NCBI GenBank assembly: GCA_052279835.1
Contig: CP181291.1
Location: 1,216,001 to 1,280,000, forward strand
From: Microcoleus sp.
GTDB taxonomy: Bacteria > Cyanobacteriota > Cyanobacteriia > Cyanobacteriales > Microcoleaceae
DNA length: 64,000 nt
Direction of reading: 5' to 3'
Both the position numbers and the translations under genes were made by a program. This document shows, one piece after another, positions 21,915-30,717 of this stretch. Each line of letters begins with the position of its first letter. The stretch's first letter is position 1. Under the pieces are notes generated by a model that worked only from the letters and a program-made list of their open reading frames with translations, was not told the origin of the DNA and searched no databases.

Positions 21915-21988
21915 GACTGAAGAAACCGGGTTTTTGGCCACATCTGCGGGTGGAAACGAAATATTGTCGTAAAAACCCGGTTTCTGGG
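21915..21988. repeat. Third copy of the ~73-bp hairpin repeat
   Basis: Near-identical to 20611-20683 and 20692-20763, same orientation. Confidence 0.9.
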
Positions 21989-22023
21989 CCCCATGCGTAA
22001 GTCCTATAATTTTTCGGGAATTT

Positions 22024-22051
22024 TGCATAATTTCCCCCCAAATTGGCGATA
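22024..22051 (+). promoter_or_regulatory. Bipartite motif copy 4 (variant)
   Basis: TGCATAATT-N13-GCGATA; GCGAT starts 39 bp before ATG 22085. Confidence 0.55.
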
Positions 22052-22084
22052 CATATATATACACAAAATCAAAGGTAAACTCCA

Positions 22085-25000
22085 ATGGACGAACAACGCT
22101 TCGACGCCTGTCTCCAACTGATTCAAGCCCTGCTTGAGTGCCCTAACGGTGAAGAAGATGATATTCTCAACGCCCATCAAGAGTTAGTTGATGCGGATTT
22201 TGTGCAAGTCGTGGAGGCGGTGGCGGAGAATATGGCAAAAAATGGCGAATCCAATGCAGCTTGGTTGCAGAATCTGGCGGCACAATTGGCAAATTCTGTC
22301 CGCAGTACAGCAACTCCTGAAGAGTATTTCTCTTTCTTGATGGAGGTGTTACAAGCAACGATGGAAAGTGGCGGAAATCCTCAAGTTGTCTATCCTATTT
22401 TACAACAAAACTTCGACAAATTGGATTTGAACTTTGCTCAAATATTGCAAACTTGGGCAACATCCACATTCACAGAAGTTACCTCAGAACAAGCTGCATC
22501 CATCGCAGGAGTTATTGTGAATTTTGGCAACTTAATTCAGCAGTTTCCCCTGGGGCGGCGGGCATGGAATTTAGAAATAGGCATCGCCTGTTATCGGGAT
22601 GCTTTAATAGTCTATACCCCTGAGAATTATCCCGAAAAATGGGCTACGACTCAAAATAATTTGGGGAATGCCTATAGTGACAGAATAGAGGGAGTCAGGG
22701 CGGCGAATATTGAACTTGCGATCGCCTGTTATCGGGATGCTTTAATAGTCTATACCCCTGAGAATTATCCCGAAAAATGGGCTACGACTCAAAATAATTT
22801 GGGGGCTGCCTATAGTGACAGAATAGAAGGAGTCAGGGCCGCGAATATTGAACTTGCGATCGCCTGTTATCGGGAAGCTTTAATAGTCTATACCCCTGAG
22901 AATTATCCCGAAGATTGGGCAATGACTCAAAATAATTTGGGGGCTGCCTATAGTGACAGAATAGAAGGAGTCAGGGCGGCGAATATTGAACTTGCGATCG
23001 CCTGTTATCGGGAAGCTTTAATAGTCTATACCCCTGAGAATTATCCCGAAAAATGGGCTACGACTCAAAATAATTTGGGGAATGCCTATAGTGACAGAAT
23101 AGAAGGAGTCAGGGCGGCGAATATTGAACTTGCGATCGCCTGTTATCGGGAAGCTTTAATAGTCTATACCCCTGAGAATTATCCCGAAAAATGGGCTACG
23201 ACTCAAAATAATTTGGGGAATGCCTATAGTGACAGAATAGAGGGAGTCAGGGCGGCGAATATAGAACTTGCGATCGCCTGTTATCGGGAAGCTTTAATAG
23301 TCTATACCCCTGAGAATTATCCCGAAAAATGGGCTACGACTCAAAATAATTTGGGGAATGCCTATAGTGACAGAATAGAGGGAGTCAGGGCGGCGAATAT
23401 AGAACTTGCGATCGCCTGTTATCGGGATGCTTTAGAAATTCGCACTCCTACTGCTTTCCCTTTAGATTGCTTACAATCGGGTAGAAACCTCGGCAATACC
23501 GCTTTCACTGCTGGCTTCTGGGATATCGCCCTGGAAGGATTCGAGAAAGCAATTCAAGCAGTAGAAAAAAGCAGAAGTTGGGCAACTTCCGACGATATCC
23601 GCCAACAGATGATAGCAGAATCTATTGAGGTTTACGAAAAGGCAATTCAAGCTGCTGTCAACAACAACCAACTGGAAAAAGCCATAGAATATTGCGACAG
23701 AACCCGTGCTCAGCGGTTAGTCGATTTAATGCACAGCAATGACTTGTATGCTAAAGGCAAAATTCCCCCCGCAGTCCAAAAGTATTTGGATGAATTTGAA
23801 GCGAAGCAGCAGGAAATTGACGCAGAAGTCGAACAACTCCGCAATCCATCGGAGGGGAATAAGGGATTAGCTGGTGTGGGGAGTTCGTCACGGAGTCGGG
23901 CGGATACTTCTGCTTACACGGAGAAGATTCAAGAATTGGAAGTCGAGAAGCAGCAAATCTGGGAAAATATCCGCAGTTTAGATCCGGTTTTAGCGGGACA
24001 AGTTCAAGTTGTGCCGATGCAGTTTGCGGCGATGCAGCGGTTGATTGATAATTCCCAGACGGCGATTCTTTGTTTTTACACGACGGATGATGACACTCAT
24101 GTTTTTGTAATTTACAAGGATAAAGCGCCGCAGATTCACACTTGTCATGGAGAGGGTTTGGGAAATTTTCAGAATGGGATTTTTGAGAGTTGGCTGTCGC
24201 CTTATTTGACGGATAAGAAAGTTTGGCAACAGGGGATGGGTGAGTTTTTGGATCAGTTGTCGCGGCGGTTGAAAGTTGATGAGTTGATTGGTAATTGTTT
24301 GGAGGGGATTGAGGAATTGATTGTGATTCCGCATCTGTATTTGCATCAGATTCCGCTGGCTGCGTTGCCGGTTAATACCCTCGCAACCGAGGATAGGGCG
24401 GGCACGGGGGCACCGCCCCTACAAAGGGTGGAGGTAGGGGCGATGCCCCCGTGCTCGCCCCCTCTTTCAACCCCCCGGTTCCTTGGTGACAAATTCTTGA
24501 TTCGTTATATTCCCAGTTGCCGAATTTTGGAGTATTGCAGTCAACGTCCAACCATCGAATCACCCAAATACGGGATTGTAGAAAATGCCACGGATGATTT
24601 GTACTTCACTCCTTTTGAGTGCGAACAAATTGCCACAATTGTGCCTGAACCTCAGCGCTTAAAAGGTAGTCAACAAGCAACAGTCGCCACCTATCGAAAC
24701 CTCGCCCAAAATGTGAATGTCATCCACTCCAGCCACCATGCTGTCTCGCGTTTGGACAATCCTTTAGAATCGCGCTTGTTTTTAGGTGATGGAAGTATCA
24801 CGTTAGGGGAATTGATGACTCCCGGTTGGCGTTTGCCGCAGTTATCAGATGTGTTTATGTCTTGCTGCGAAACTAATTTAGCTAAGACTGAATTTACGGA
24901 TAATCTGCTGAGTTTGGGGACGGGGTTTTTGTGTGCGGGGGCGCGCAGTGTGGTGAGCACTTTGTGGGCGGTGGATGATTTTGCTACTTCGCTGTTTTCG

Positions 25001-25399
25001 ATTTTTTACTATCAGTATCGTCGGGAAGGTTTGAGTCGTCCAGGGGCTTTGTTGCGGGCGCAGGTGCGGTTGCGGACGATTTCGGGGGCGGAGTTGAAGA
25101 AGCTTTATCAACCGCAAATCGATGCCCTGCTTCCGAGAATTATTGGGGATTTAAAGTGGAAATTGAATCTGGTACAGGAAGAATTAGAAGGCTTGGAATC
25201 GCAGGAGGACGAATATAAAAAGGGTACGGCTGAGTATAAAGAGTTGGAGGAGAAGTTGAACAAGAAAACGGAGGAGGAAGTTGAGATTCGGAAGCGAAAG
25301 GAAGGATATGAAAGTTTGCAGGAAAATCTTTACACTATGTCAAATCCTTTTGCTGATTTGATTTATTGGTCTGGGTTTATTTGTCAGGGTTTGCATTAA
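22085..25399 (+). CDS. TPR-repeat CHAT-domain (caspase-like) protease
   Basis: 46-aa TPR-like repeats (WATTQNNLGNAY); LIVIPHLYLHQIPLAAL, IHSSHHA (His), FMSCCET (Cys), GARSVVSTLWAVDD, YWSGFICQG. Confidence 0.92.
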   Translation: MDEQRFDACLQLIQALLECPNGEEDDILNAHQELVDADFVQVVEAVAENMAKNGESNAAWLQNLAAQLANSVRSTATPEEYFSFLMEVLQATMESGGNPQVVYPILQQNFDKLDLNFAQILQTWATSTFTEVTSEQAASIAGVIVNFGNLIQQFPLGRRAWNLEIGIACYRDALIVYTPENYPEKWATTQNNLGNAYSDRIEGVRAANIELAIACYRDALIVYTPENYPEKWATTQNNLGAAYSDRIEGVRAANIELAIACYREALIVYTPENYPEDWAMTQNNLGAAYSDRIEGVRAANIELAIACYREALIVYTPENYPEKWATTQNNLGNAYSDRIEGVRAANIELAIACYREALIVYTPENYPEKWATTQNNLGNAYSDRIEGVRAANIELAIACYREALIVYTPENYPEKWATTQNNLGNAYSDRIEGVRAANIELAIACYRDALEIRTPTAFPLDCLQSGRNLGNTAFTAGFWDIALEGFEKAIQAVEKSRSWATSDDIRQQMIAESIEVYEKAIQAAVNNNQLEKAIEYCDRTRAQRLVDLMHSNDLYAKGKIPPAVQKYLDEFEAKQQEIDAEVEQLRNPSEGNKGLAGVGSSSRSRADTSAYTEKIQELEVEKQQIWENIRSLDPVLAGQVQVVPMQFAAMQRLIDNSQTAILCFYTTDDDTHVFVIYKDKAPQIHTCHGEGLGNFQNGIFESWLSPYLTDKKVWQQGMGEFLDQLSRRLKVDELIGNCLEGIEELIVIPHLYLHQIPLAALPVNTLATEDRAGTGAPPLQRVEVGAMPPCSPPLSTPRFLGDKFLIRYIPSCRILEYCSQRPTIESPKYGIVENATDDLYFTPFECEQIATIVPEPQRLKGSQQATVATYRNLAQNVNVIHSSHHAVSRLDNPLESRLFLGDGSITLGELMTPGWRLPQLSDVFMSCCETNLAKTEFTDNLLSLGTGFLCAGARSVVSTLWAVDDFATSLFSIFYYQYRREGLSRPGALLRAQVRLRTISGAELKKLYQPQIDALLPRIIGDLKWKLNLVQEELEGLESQEDEYKKGTAEYKELEEKLNKKTEEEVEIRKRKEGYESLQENLYTMSNPFADLIYWSGFICQGLH
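22583..23434 (+). repeat. Intragenic 138-bp tandem repeat, 6 full copies plus a partial
   Basis: Unit starts at 22583, 22721, 22859, 22997, 23135, 23273, 23411. Confidence 0.95.
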
Positions 25400-25519
25400 T
25401 TTCTTTAGGGACTGCCGCCATAAAAATCAAAGAAACCCAGCTTAAATACCGCGTTTATCTCTTAGTCCGCGAAGGCGGACTTCATTTGTGTAGACGCGGT
25501 TTCAACCGCCGAGTCTTCT

Positions 25520-26368
25520 TTAAAAATCCCCTTCATCTACTTGGAATACAGTCAATCCCAAGCTTCTCCACATATCAACAACTTGCTGGCGATCGTCCAA
25601 CACAAACTTAATGTTATACTTCCCTTCAATATGCTGGCGATAAATTTCCTCTTTCATGATCGCATCCTTCCTCATATCTCCGGTTTTCCGCAGATGAATA
25701 CCAGCATAATTAACCTCATGTTGCTGCAACCATTTTTCTGTTTGAGGCTGACAATCATCGGTTCTGCCGGAAACTACGATAATATTAACGCTAGACTGCC
25801 ATTTGTGGATGGTATCTAAGACGGGCAGATTCGGTAAATCGCGATCGCACTTAGAAGCATCAAAAGGATTTCTACCATTCAAAAGTGATAAAGTACCATC
25901 CATATCCACAATAATTGCATCCGGCAATTCGGGATTATATGCCGGTGGCTGAACGGGAACACGTACATACTTATTGTACATCTTCATAATCACATCTTTG
26001 CCAACAGAATTGAGTCTTTTCAAATCCCGTTTAATACATTCCTCCACCGGAACTTGCAGGAAAGAGTCATTAACTTCGACAATAGCTTGACCTTTGACCA
26101 ACTCTTTAATATGTTCGATATGGGGGCCGAAGTTAGTATCATCAACAATGACGTGTTTGCCACTTTCCAAAGCCATCAAAATAATCGTATCTCTCAACTG
26201 CATTATAAATTTCTCGTTGGCGGGAGACCAATGAGAAGCATGGGCCATTTCTCGCAACAAATCTTTATTAGTACGAACCCATCTAGCAGGTTCAGACAGC
26301 AGCAACTCCTTGGCAAATTGAGATTTTCCTGAAGCTGGTAAACCGACAAGTACAAGCACTTTTTTCAT
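25520..26368 (-). CDS. T4 Pnkp-like polynucleotide 5'-kinase / 3'-phosphatase
   Basis: P-loop GLPASGKS, DDTN; HAD DMDGT, SGR, RKD, DDRQQVVDMWRSLG...GDF tail like T4 PseT. Confidence 0.9.
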   Translation of the reverse strand: MKKVLVLVGLPASGKSQFAKELLLSEPARWVRTNKDLLREMAHASHWSPANEKFIMQLRDTIILMALESGKHVIVDDTNFGPHIEHIKELVKGQAIVEVNDSFLQVPVEECIKRDLKRLNSVGKDVIMKMYNKYVRVPVQPPAYNPELPDAIIVDMDGTLSLLNGRNPFDASKCDRDLPNLPVLDTIHKWQSSVNIIVVSGRTDDCQPQTEKWLQQHEVNYAGIHLRKTGDMRKDAIMKEEIYRQHIEGKYNIKFVLDDRQQVVDMWRSLGLTVFQVDEGDF

Positions 26369-26464
26369 GGTAAATTGGTAATTTGCAACTTAATTCTTTA
26401 GTCCGCGCACCATCCGGACTTTGTTTGTGTAGTCGCGGTTTCAACCGCCGATTCTCTGCAAACC

Positions 26465-27550
26465 TCACAAACCCAGATTAATGTAATCTAAACCCAATAA
26501 CTCCTCTATTTTATGAATAGTAACATCCCGGAGAGCTTCTTTGACGCCGGCAACTCTGCGCGCCCGCAAGGAAAACAAAATCCCAGAATAGGGCAAATGC
26601 TTCACAGCCAAAGCAAAATCTTTCTGAACTTCAATAGATTCATGATGTCGATAAACATCCTCAATTTCTTGTACCAAAGATTGATACTTGTCCTTAACTT
26701 TTTGGTACAATTCAGTCCACTCAGGAAAATAAGCTAAAAACTCTTCCCCTTCATTAGTCAAAATAATCTCGATCATCCGGCGTGTAGAAAACCCTTCGCG
26801 CAGATGGGAAATCGCCACATATTGCGGAGACTTAACTTTAACTCGATTGAACTCACCATCACAAATAATATACCCTTCCGAATCCATCGGGTCTAACTGC
26901 TGAGACGCTTCGATAACTTCTTTCCAGCTAGTCAAAGCATAAGACTTGACTAATTCCCATCCATATTTGTTGGCCCAAGTAGTCGGCTCTGTTTCTAACA
27001 ATGTTTGAGTATTCCGAACACCATGAAACACAATTTGATTGTTTTTTTGTTGGACAACTATTCGATTGTAAGGTGTCATCAACTCAAAGATAAAACATTG
27101 GTCTGTTTCTTCTGGCAATTTGTATCCCAACTCTTGCCAGACTTTCCAAAATAGTGTAGCAAAGCTAAATCCAAAACCGTTTACTTCGCCGGCTGCGTCG
27201 GGAGTGCCGCTAGATTGCACTCTCCATTCTCCGTTGTAAAAATAGAGTACAATCAGAGAACCATCGAGTTTTTCGTAGACTTTAGCAGTGTTCCAATCAA
27301 TTTTAGCTGCGTGGCCTTCTCCGTAGTTGAAAAATTTGTCGTAGGGATAAGAAACTATCTGCCAATCTTGGGATGAGTCTAAAATGATGCCGCGACACTG
27401 TTGGACTATTTTTTCTCCCATTGGTGATTCTATCTGCGAGTATTTCAGACAGACTAGATCGGGATATTGGCGATCGCGCGTAACTTTGATATGATAAGTT
27501 TCGGACAAATTTTCTAATCCGTACTGGCGCAAATACTCTTGCAGTTCCAC
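26465..27550 (-). CDS. T4 Rnl1-like RNA ligase
   Basis: CRGII, KFFNYGE, EKLDGS (adenylated Lys), FELMTPYNRIVV, EGYII, KVKSPQY; GTG start. Confidence 0.88.
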   Translation of the reverse strand: MELQEYLRQYGLENLSETYHIKVTRDRQYPDLVCLKYSQIESPMGEKIVQQCRGIILDSSQDWQIVSYPYDKFFNYGEGHAAKIDWNTAKVYEKLDGSLIVLYFYNGEWRVQSSGTPDAAGEVNGFGFSFATLFWKVWQELGYKLPEETDQCFIFELMTPYNRIVVQQKNNQIVFHGVRNTQTLLETEPTTWANKYGWELVKSYALTSWKEVIEASQQLDPMDSEGYIICDGEFNRVKVKSPQYVAISHLREGFSTRRMIEIILTNEGEEFLAYFPEWTELYQKVKDKYQSLVQEIEDVYRHHESIEVQKDFALAVKHLPYSGILFSLRARRVAGVKEALRDVTIHKIEELLGLDYINLGL

Positions 27551-27737
27551 GATCGACTCCTAAATTACTTGCCGTTTCTATATTATCTGTGGTTGCATAT
27601 TTTAGCAACTTTGTCAAGATTGTAAAAAAAAATATTTTTACGGAAAAGCTATTATCGATTATGTATTTTGAATTATGGTTTTACCTAGGTGAATCCGGTT
27701 CTGTGAACAACTCGAATATTTTAAAATTGAGAAAAAA

Positions 27738-28292
27738 ATGACCAAAAAATTCTTAATTGTGGCAACTTCTGTGTGCCTATTGACTGCTTTAGTACCTACA
27801 TCCGTAGCTTTTGGAGTGTCGGCATCACCGCTGCGAGGAGAAAAAAAACAACTGGCGCAAGCAGGTCCTGCGGTTAAAGTAAGTGAAATTTTGGCCAAGT
27901 TAAAAGGCAAAACCCAAGTGCCGATTTTTATTCCCAGTATTCTTGATTCAGAAAAACTTTACTATCAAACTACGGCAAAAACAGATAGCTATACTATTTC
28001 AATGGATCGTACAGCAGAGTGTAATGGTGTGACAGCTTGCAGTTTTGGAGAAATTCGAGCTCAAAAAGGTGGTGAGTTTTCGACAAAAATCGAAGGGGTA
28101 ACTAAGACGTTAAAAAATGTGCAACTGGCGAGGGGTGTGACAGGAGTTTTTCATAACGGTTGTGGGGCTTATTGCACAGCTTCGGTTGAGTGGAAAAGTC
28201 AGGGATTTCTTTATACCGTAGCAATTAAAAACGGACGGGAAGCTGATGTAATTAGGATGGCAAATTCAGCGATTCAAGCTGGGAAGCGTTGA
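27738..28292 (+). CDS. Secreted hypothetical protein
   Basis: Signal-peptide-like N-terminus; Cys pairs CNGVTAC and CGAYC. Confidence 0.7.
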   Translation: MTKKFLIVATSVCLLTALVPTSVAFGVSASPLRGEKKQLAQAGPAVKVSEILAKLKGKTQVPIFIPSILDSEKLYYQTTAKTDSYTISMDRTAECNGVTACSFGEIRAQKGGEFSTKIEGVTKTLKNVQLARGVTGVFHNGCGAYCTASVEWKSQGFLYTVAIKNGREADVIRMANSAIQAGKR

Positions 28293-28360
28293 GTTTTTGT
28301 GGGTATAAATTGTGGAACAGGCATCTTGCCTGTTCTTACAAATAGTAAAAATTGTACTCT

Positions 28361-28801
28361 TTATTCAGGAAGAACTGAATGGTTGCGGTCAAACCAAACA
28401 ATGTAGTAAATAGACTGAACGCGAAACCCAAAAATCCGCTTTTTATCATCAATTCGCATTTCTGATAATCTCTGATCTTCAGGAATATTGTCGGGCAAAC
28501 TTGGATGATTGTCAATCAACTTATAGCCCGTTCCCACTGAGTCACCACGTTTTTTTGACCCGTGACTTTTAATCTGAGTCCAAGTGTATTTTTCAATTTT
28601 ATTTAGTCCTTCAATTAGGTCGTTGATTTCTGATGATGTCCAGTCAGACAAAAGCCAACGATTTTTGTCTGTATAGGTAAATCTGAAGCTAGGACGTTCG
28701 TCATCTGTACTGCTTGGCTGGGTTAACTGGGTTGCCGCTTCTGAAATTCTTCTTTGTTGCTTTTTTTGAGATGGTTTTGGTATTTGATCCTTTTTTCCCA
28801 T
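28361..28801 (-). CDS. Putative toxin paired with a Panacea antitoxin (possible RelE-like fold)
   Basis: Abuts the antitoxin gene; basic; C-terminal EMRIDDKKRIFG...YIVWFDRNH. Confidence 0.55.
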   Translation of the reverse strand: MGKKDQIPKPSQKKQQRRISEAATQLTQPSSTDDERPSFRFTYTDKNRWLLSDWTSSEINDLIEGLNKIEKYTWTQIKSHGSKKRGDSVGTGYKLIDNHPSLPDNIPEDQRLSEMRIDDKKRIFGFRVQSIYYIVWFDRNHSVLPE

Positions 28802-29257
28802 CTATGCCTCCACTAAAGGTGCATAGCAAGATTTCATGTCATCGTGAGAGATGATGTTAGTTGATTTTTCAGCAGTTTCTAATCCCTGGCGGGCGTTTAA
28901 CCAAGGCATCTCTGAGTGCGTTAATTCTGCTAAATGTTTAGCACTTAATTCTCCATAAGCATTCCAGACTTCTTCGAGTACCTCGCTCTCATCTTCGTCA
29001 AATTCTTCATCAAAATTATTGGGAGATGGAATATCGCTGTATTTATAAGCTTCATACTCATGCCAAACATCACGAACAACTGGGCCGGAAACCCAAGCTT
29101 CAATATCTTGATAAAATAGTGGCTGGCTTCTAAATACTAAACTCCAAGCTTGGGCATAATATACGAGTTTTTGCAGCTTGAGAAGAGAAATTGTATCACC
29201 GACTTCTCGATCGACTCGGCATAAAAAGTAACCAGCTATCTCAATAGCACTTTTCAT
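28802..29257 (-). CDS. Panacea (DUF4065/GepA/SocA-like) antitoxin
   Basis: LKLQKLVYYAQ, IEAWVSGPVV, LTHSEMPW. Confidence 0.88.
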   Translation of the reverse strand: MKSAIEIAGYFLCRVDREVGDTISLLKLQKLVYYAQAWSLVFRSQPLFYQDIEAWVSGPVVRDVWHEYEAYKYSDIPSPNNFDEEFDEDESEVLEEVWNAYGELSAKHLAELTHSEMPWLNARQGLETAEKSTNIISHDDMKSCYAPLVEA

Positions 29258-29433
29258 AGTTTTAATCCGATCGCAATTTGATTGATTTACTTAGCATTGT
29301 AAGCTATTTCGTGTATTTCTACCAGTTGCGATCGCAAAAATCGCAATAAAAATTCATATCATGATTGATTAAAGTCCCCACCTGCGGTAGGCTAGATCAG
29401 GTGAATATATTGGCTCATTTCAAGCTCGATCTT

Positions 29434-30405
29434 ATGTCTACAACCGCATCTGCTCCCTCACGAACCGTCCGCATCGGTTCCCGTAAAAGTCAACTCGCTC
29501 TAGTTCAAACACACTGGGTGCAAGCAGAGCTACAGAAACATTTCCCGCAACACACTTTTGAAGTCCACACGATGTCCACCCAAGGGGACATAATTCTTGA
29601 TGTTGCCCTCGCTAAAATTGGTGATAAAGGACTTTTTACCAAAGAATTAGAAACGGGAATGCTTAACAATGAAACGGACTTTGCCGTTCATTCCCTGAAA
29701 GATTTGCCAACCAATTTACCGGAAGGTTTAATCTTAGGATGCGTCACCGAACGGGAAAATCCCGCTGATGCTTTGGTTGTGCACGAAAAACATAAAGACA
29801 AGCAGCTCGATACGCTGCCAGCCGGTGCGGTGATCGGTACTTCTTCCCTCAGACGACTGGCTCAATTACGCCACCATTTCCCTCATTTTGAATTTAAAGA
29901 TATTCGTGGGAATTTGAATACTCGACTTGCTAAATTAGATGATGGTGGCTACGACGCGATTATTTTAGCAGTGGCGGGATTGGAAAGATTGGGTATGAGC
30001 GATCGCATCCACCAAGTTATCGCCCCGGAAATCTCCCTCCACGCCGTCGGACAAGGTGCTTTGGGCATCGAATGTCGCGCTGGAGATCCAGAAATTCTGG
30101 AAGTGATTAAAGCTCTAGAACACTCGGAAACTGCCCAAAGATGTTATGCTGAACGGGCTTTTCTGCGGGAATTGGAAGGTGGCTGTCAAGTGCCGATCGG
30201 TGTCAATACCAAAATTGAAAACGGTCAATTAACTTTAACCGGAATGGTATCTAGTCTAGACGGTTTGCGGTTGGTGAAAGATACTGTTAGTGGCGCAGCA
30301 GAAACTGCTGAAATGCTGGGGATTGACCTCGCGCACCGCTTGCGGGCCCAGGGAGCTAGTGAAATTTTGGAGGAAATTTTTAGGGAAGTTCAACGAGGCT
30401 CTTGA
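29434..30405 (+). CDS. hemC: Hydroxymethylbilane synthase
   Basis: [43 protein letters not shown]; start placed at ATG 29434. Confidence 0.97.
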   Translation: MSTTASAPSRTVRIGSRKSQLALVQTHWVQAELQKHFPQHTFEVHTMSTQGDIILDVALAKIGDKGLFTKELETGMLNNETDFAVHSLKDLPTNLPEGLILGCVTERENPADALVVHEKHKDKQLDTLPAGAVIGTSSLRRLAQLRHHFPHFEFKDIRGNLNTRLAKLDDGGYDAIILAVAGLERLGMSDRIHQVIAPEISLHAVGQGALGIECRAGDPEILEVIKALEHSETAQRCYAERAFLRELEGGCQVPIGVNTKIENGQLTLTGMVSSLDGLRLVKDTVSGAAETAEMLGIDLAHRLRAQGASEILEEIFREVQRGS

Positions 30406-30717
30406 ACTTTTCAATAGCTCTATTTTTTACGGTTTTAGACGCGAATTATCGCCTTTTGTACAATAAAATCATTGGCGATTCGCTTTGGCGAAACAGGTAC
30501 ATTAGCAGTCTGCTTGTAGATTTTAGATGGGAGTTTTAAATAGGACTTAGACCCTGGATTTATGAAACCCGGATTCTTCTATATCAGGTCGTAAAATCAA
30601 CGATTTTTTCTAGAAACCGGGTTTCTCTGCGTCAGTCTTAATCATAGTAAACATCCCAGCAGAAATCTACAATCAAACAGCCAAGATCAATCAATCTATT
30701 TCAGGGAAAGGCAACAT

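Noticed and set aside
22583..23434. Diversity-generating retroelement target
   Set aside because: No reverse transcriptase or template/variable repeat pair in the window; fits ordinary tandem duplication.
25520..27550. Prophage remnant
   Set aside because: No integrase, structural or replication genes nearby; rnl and pnk each carry host-type GCGATCGC sites.
27594..27625. Fifth copy of the TGCATAA...GCGACA motif
   Set aside because: Only TTGCATAT matches; no GCGAC at the required spacing.
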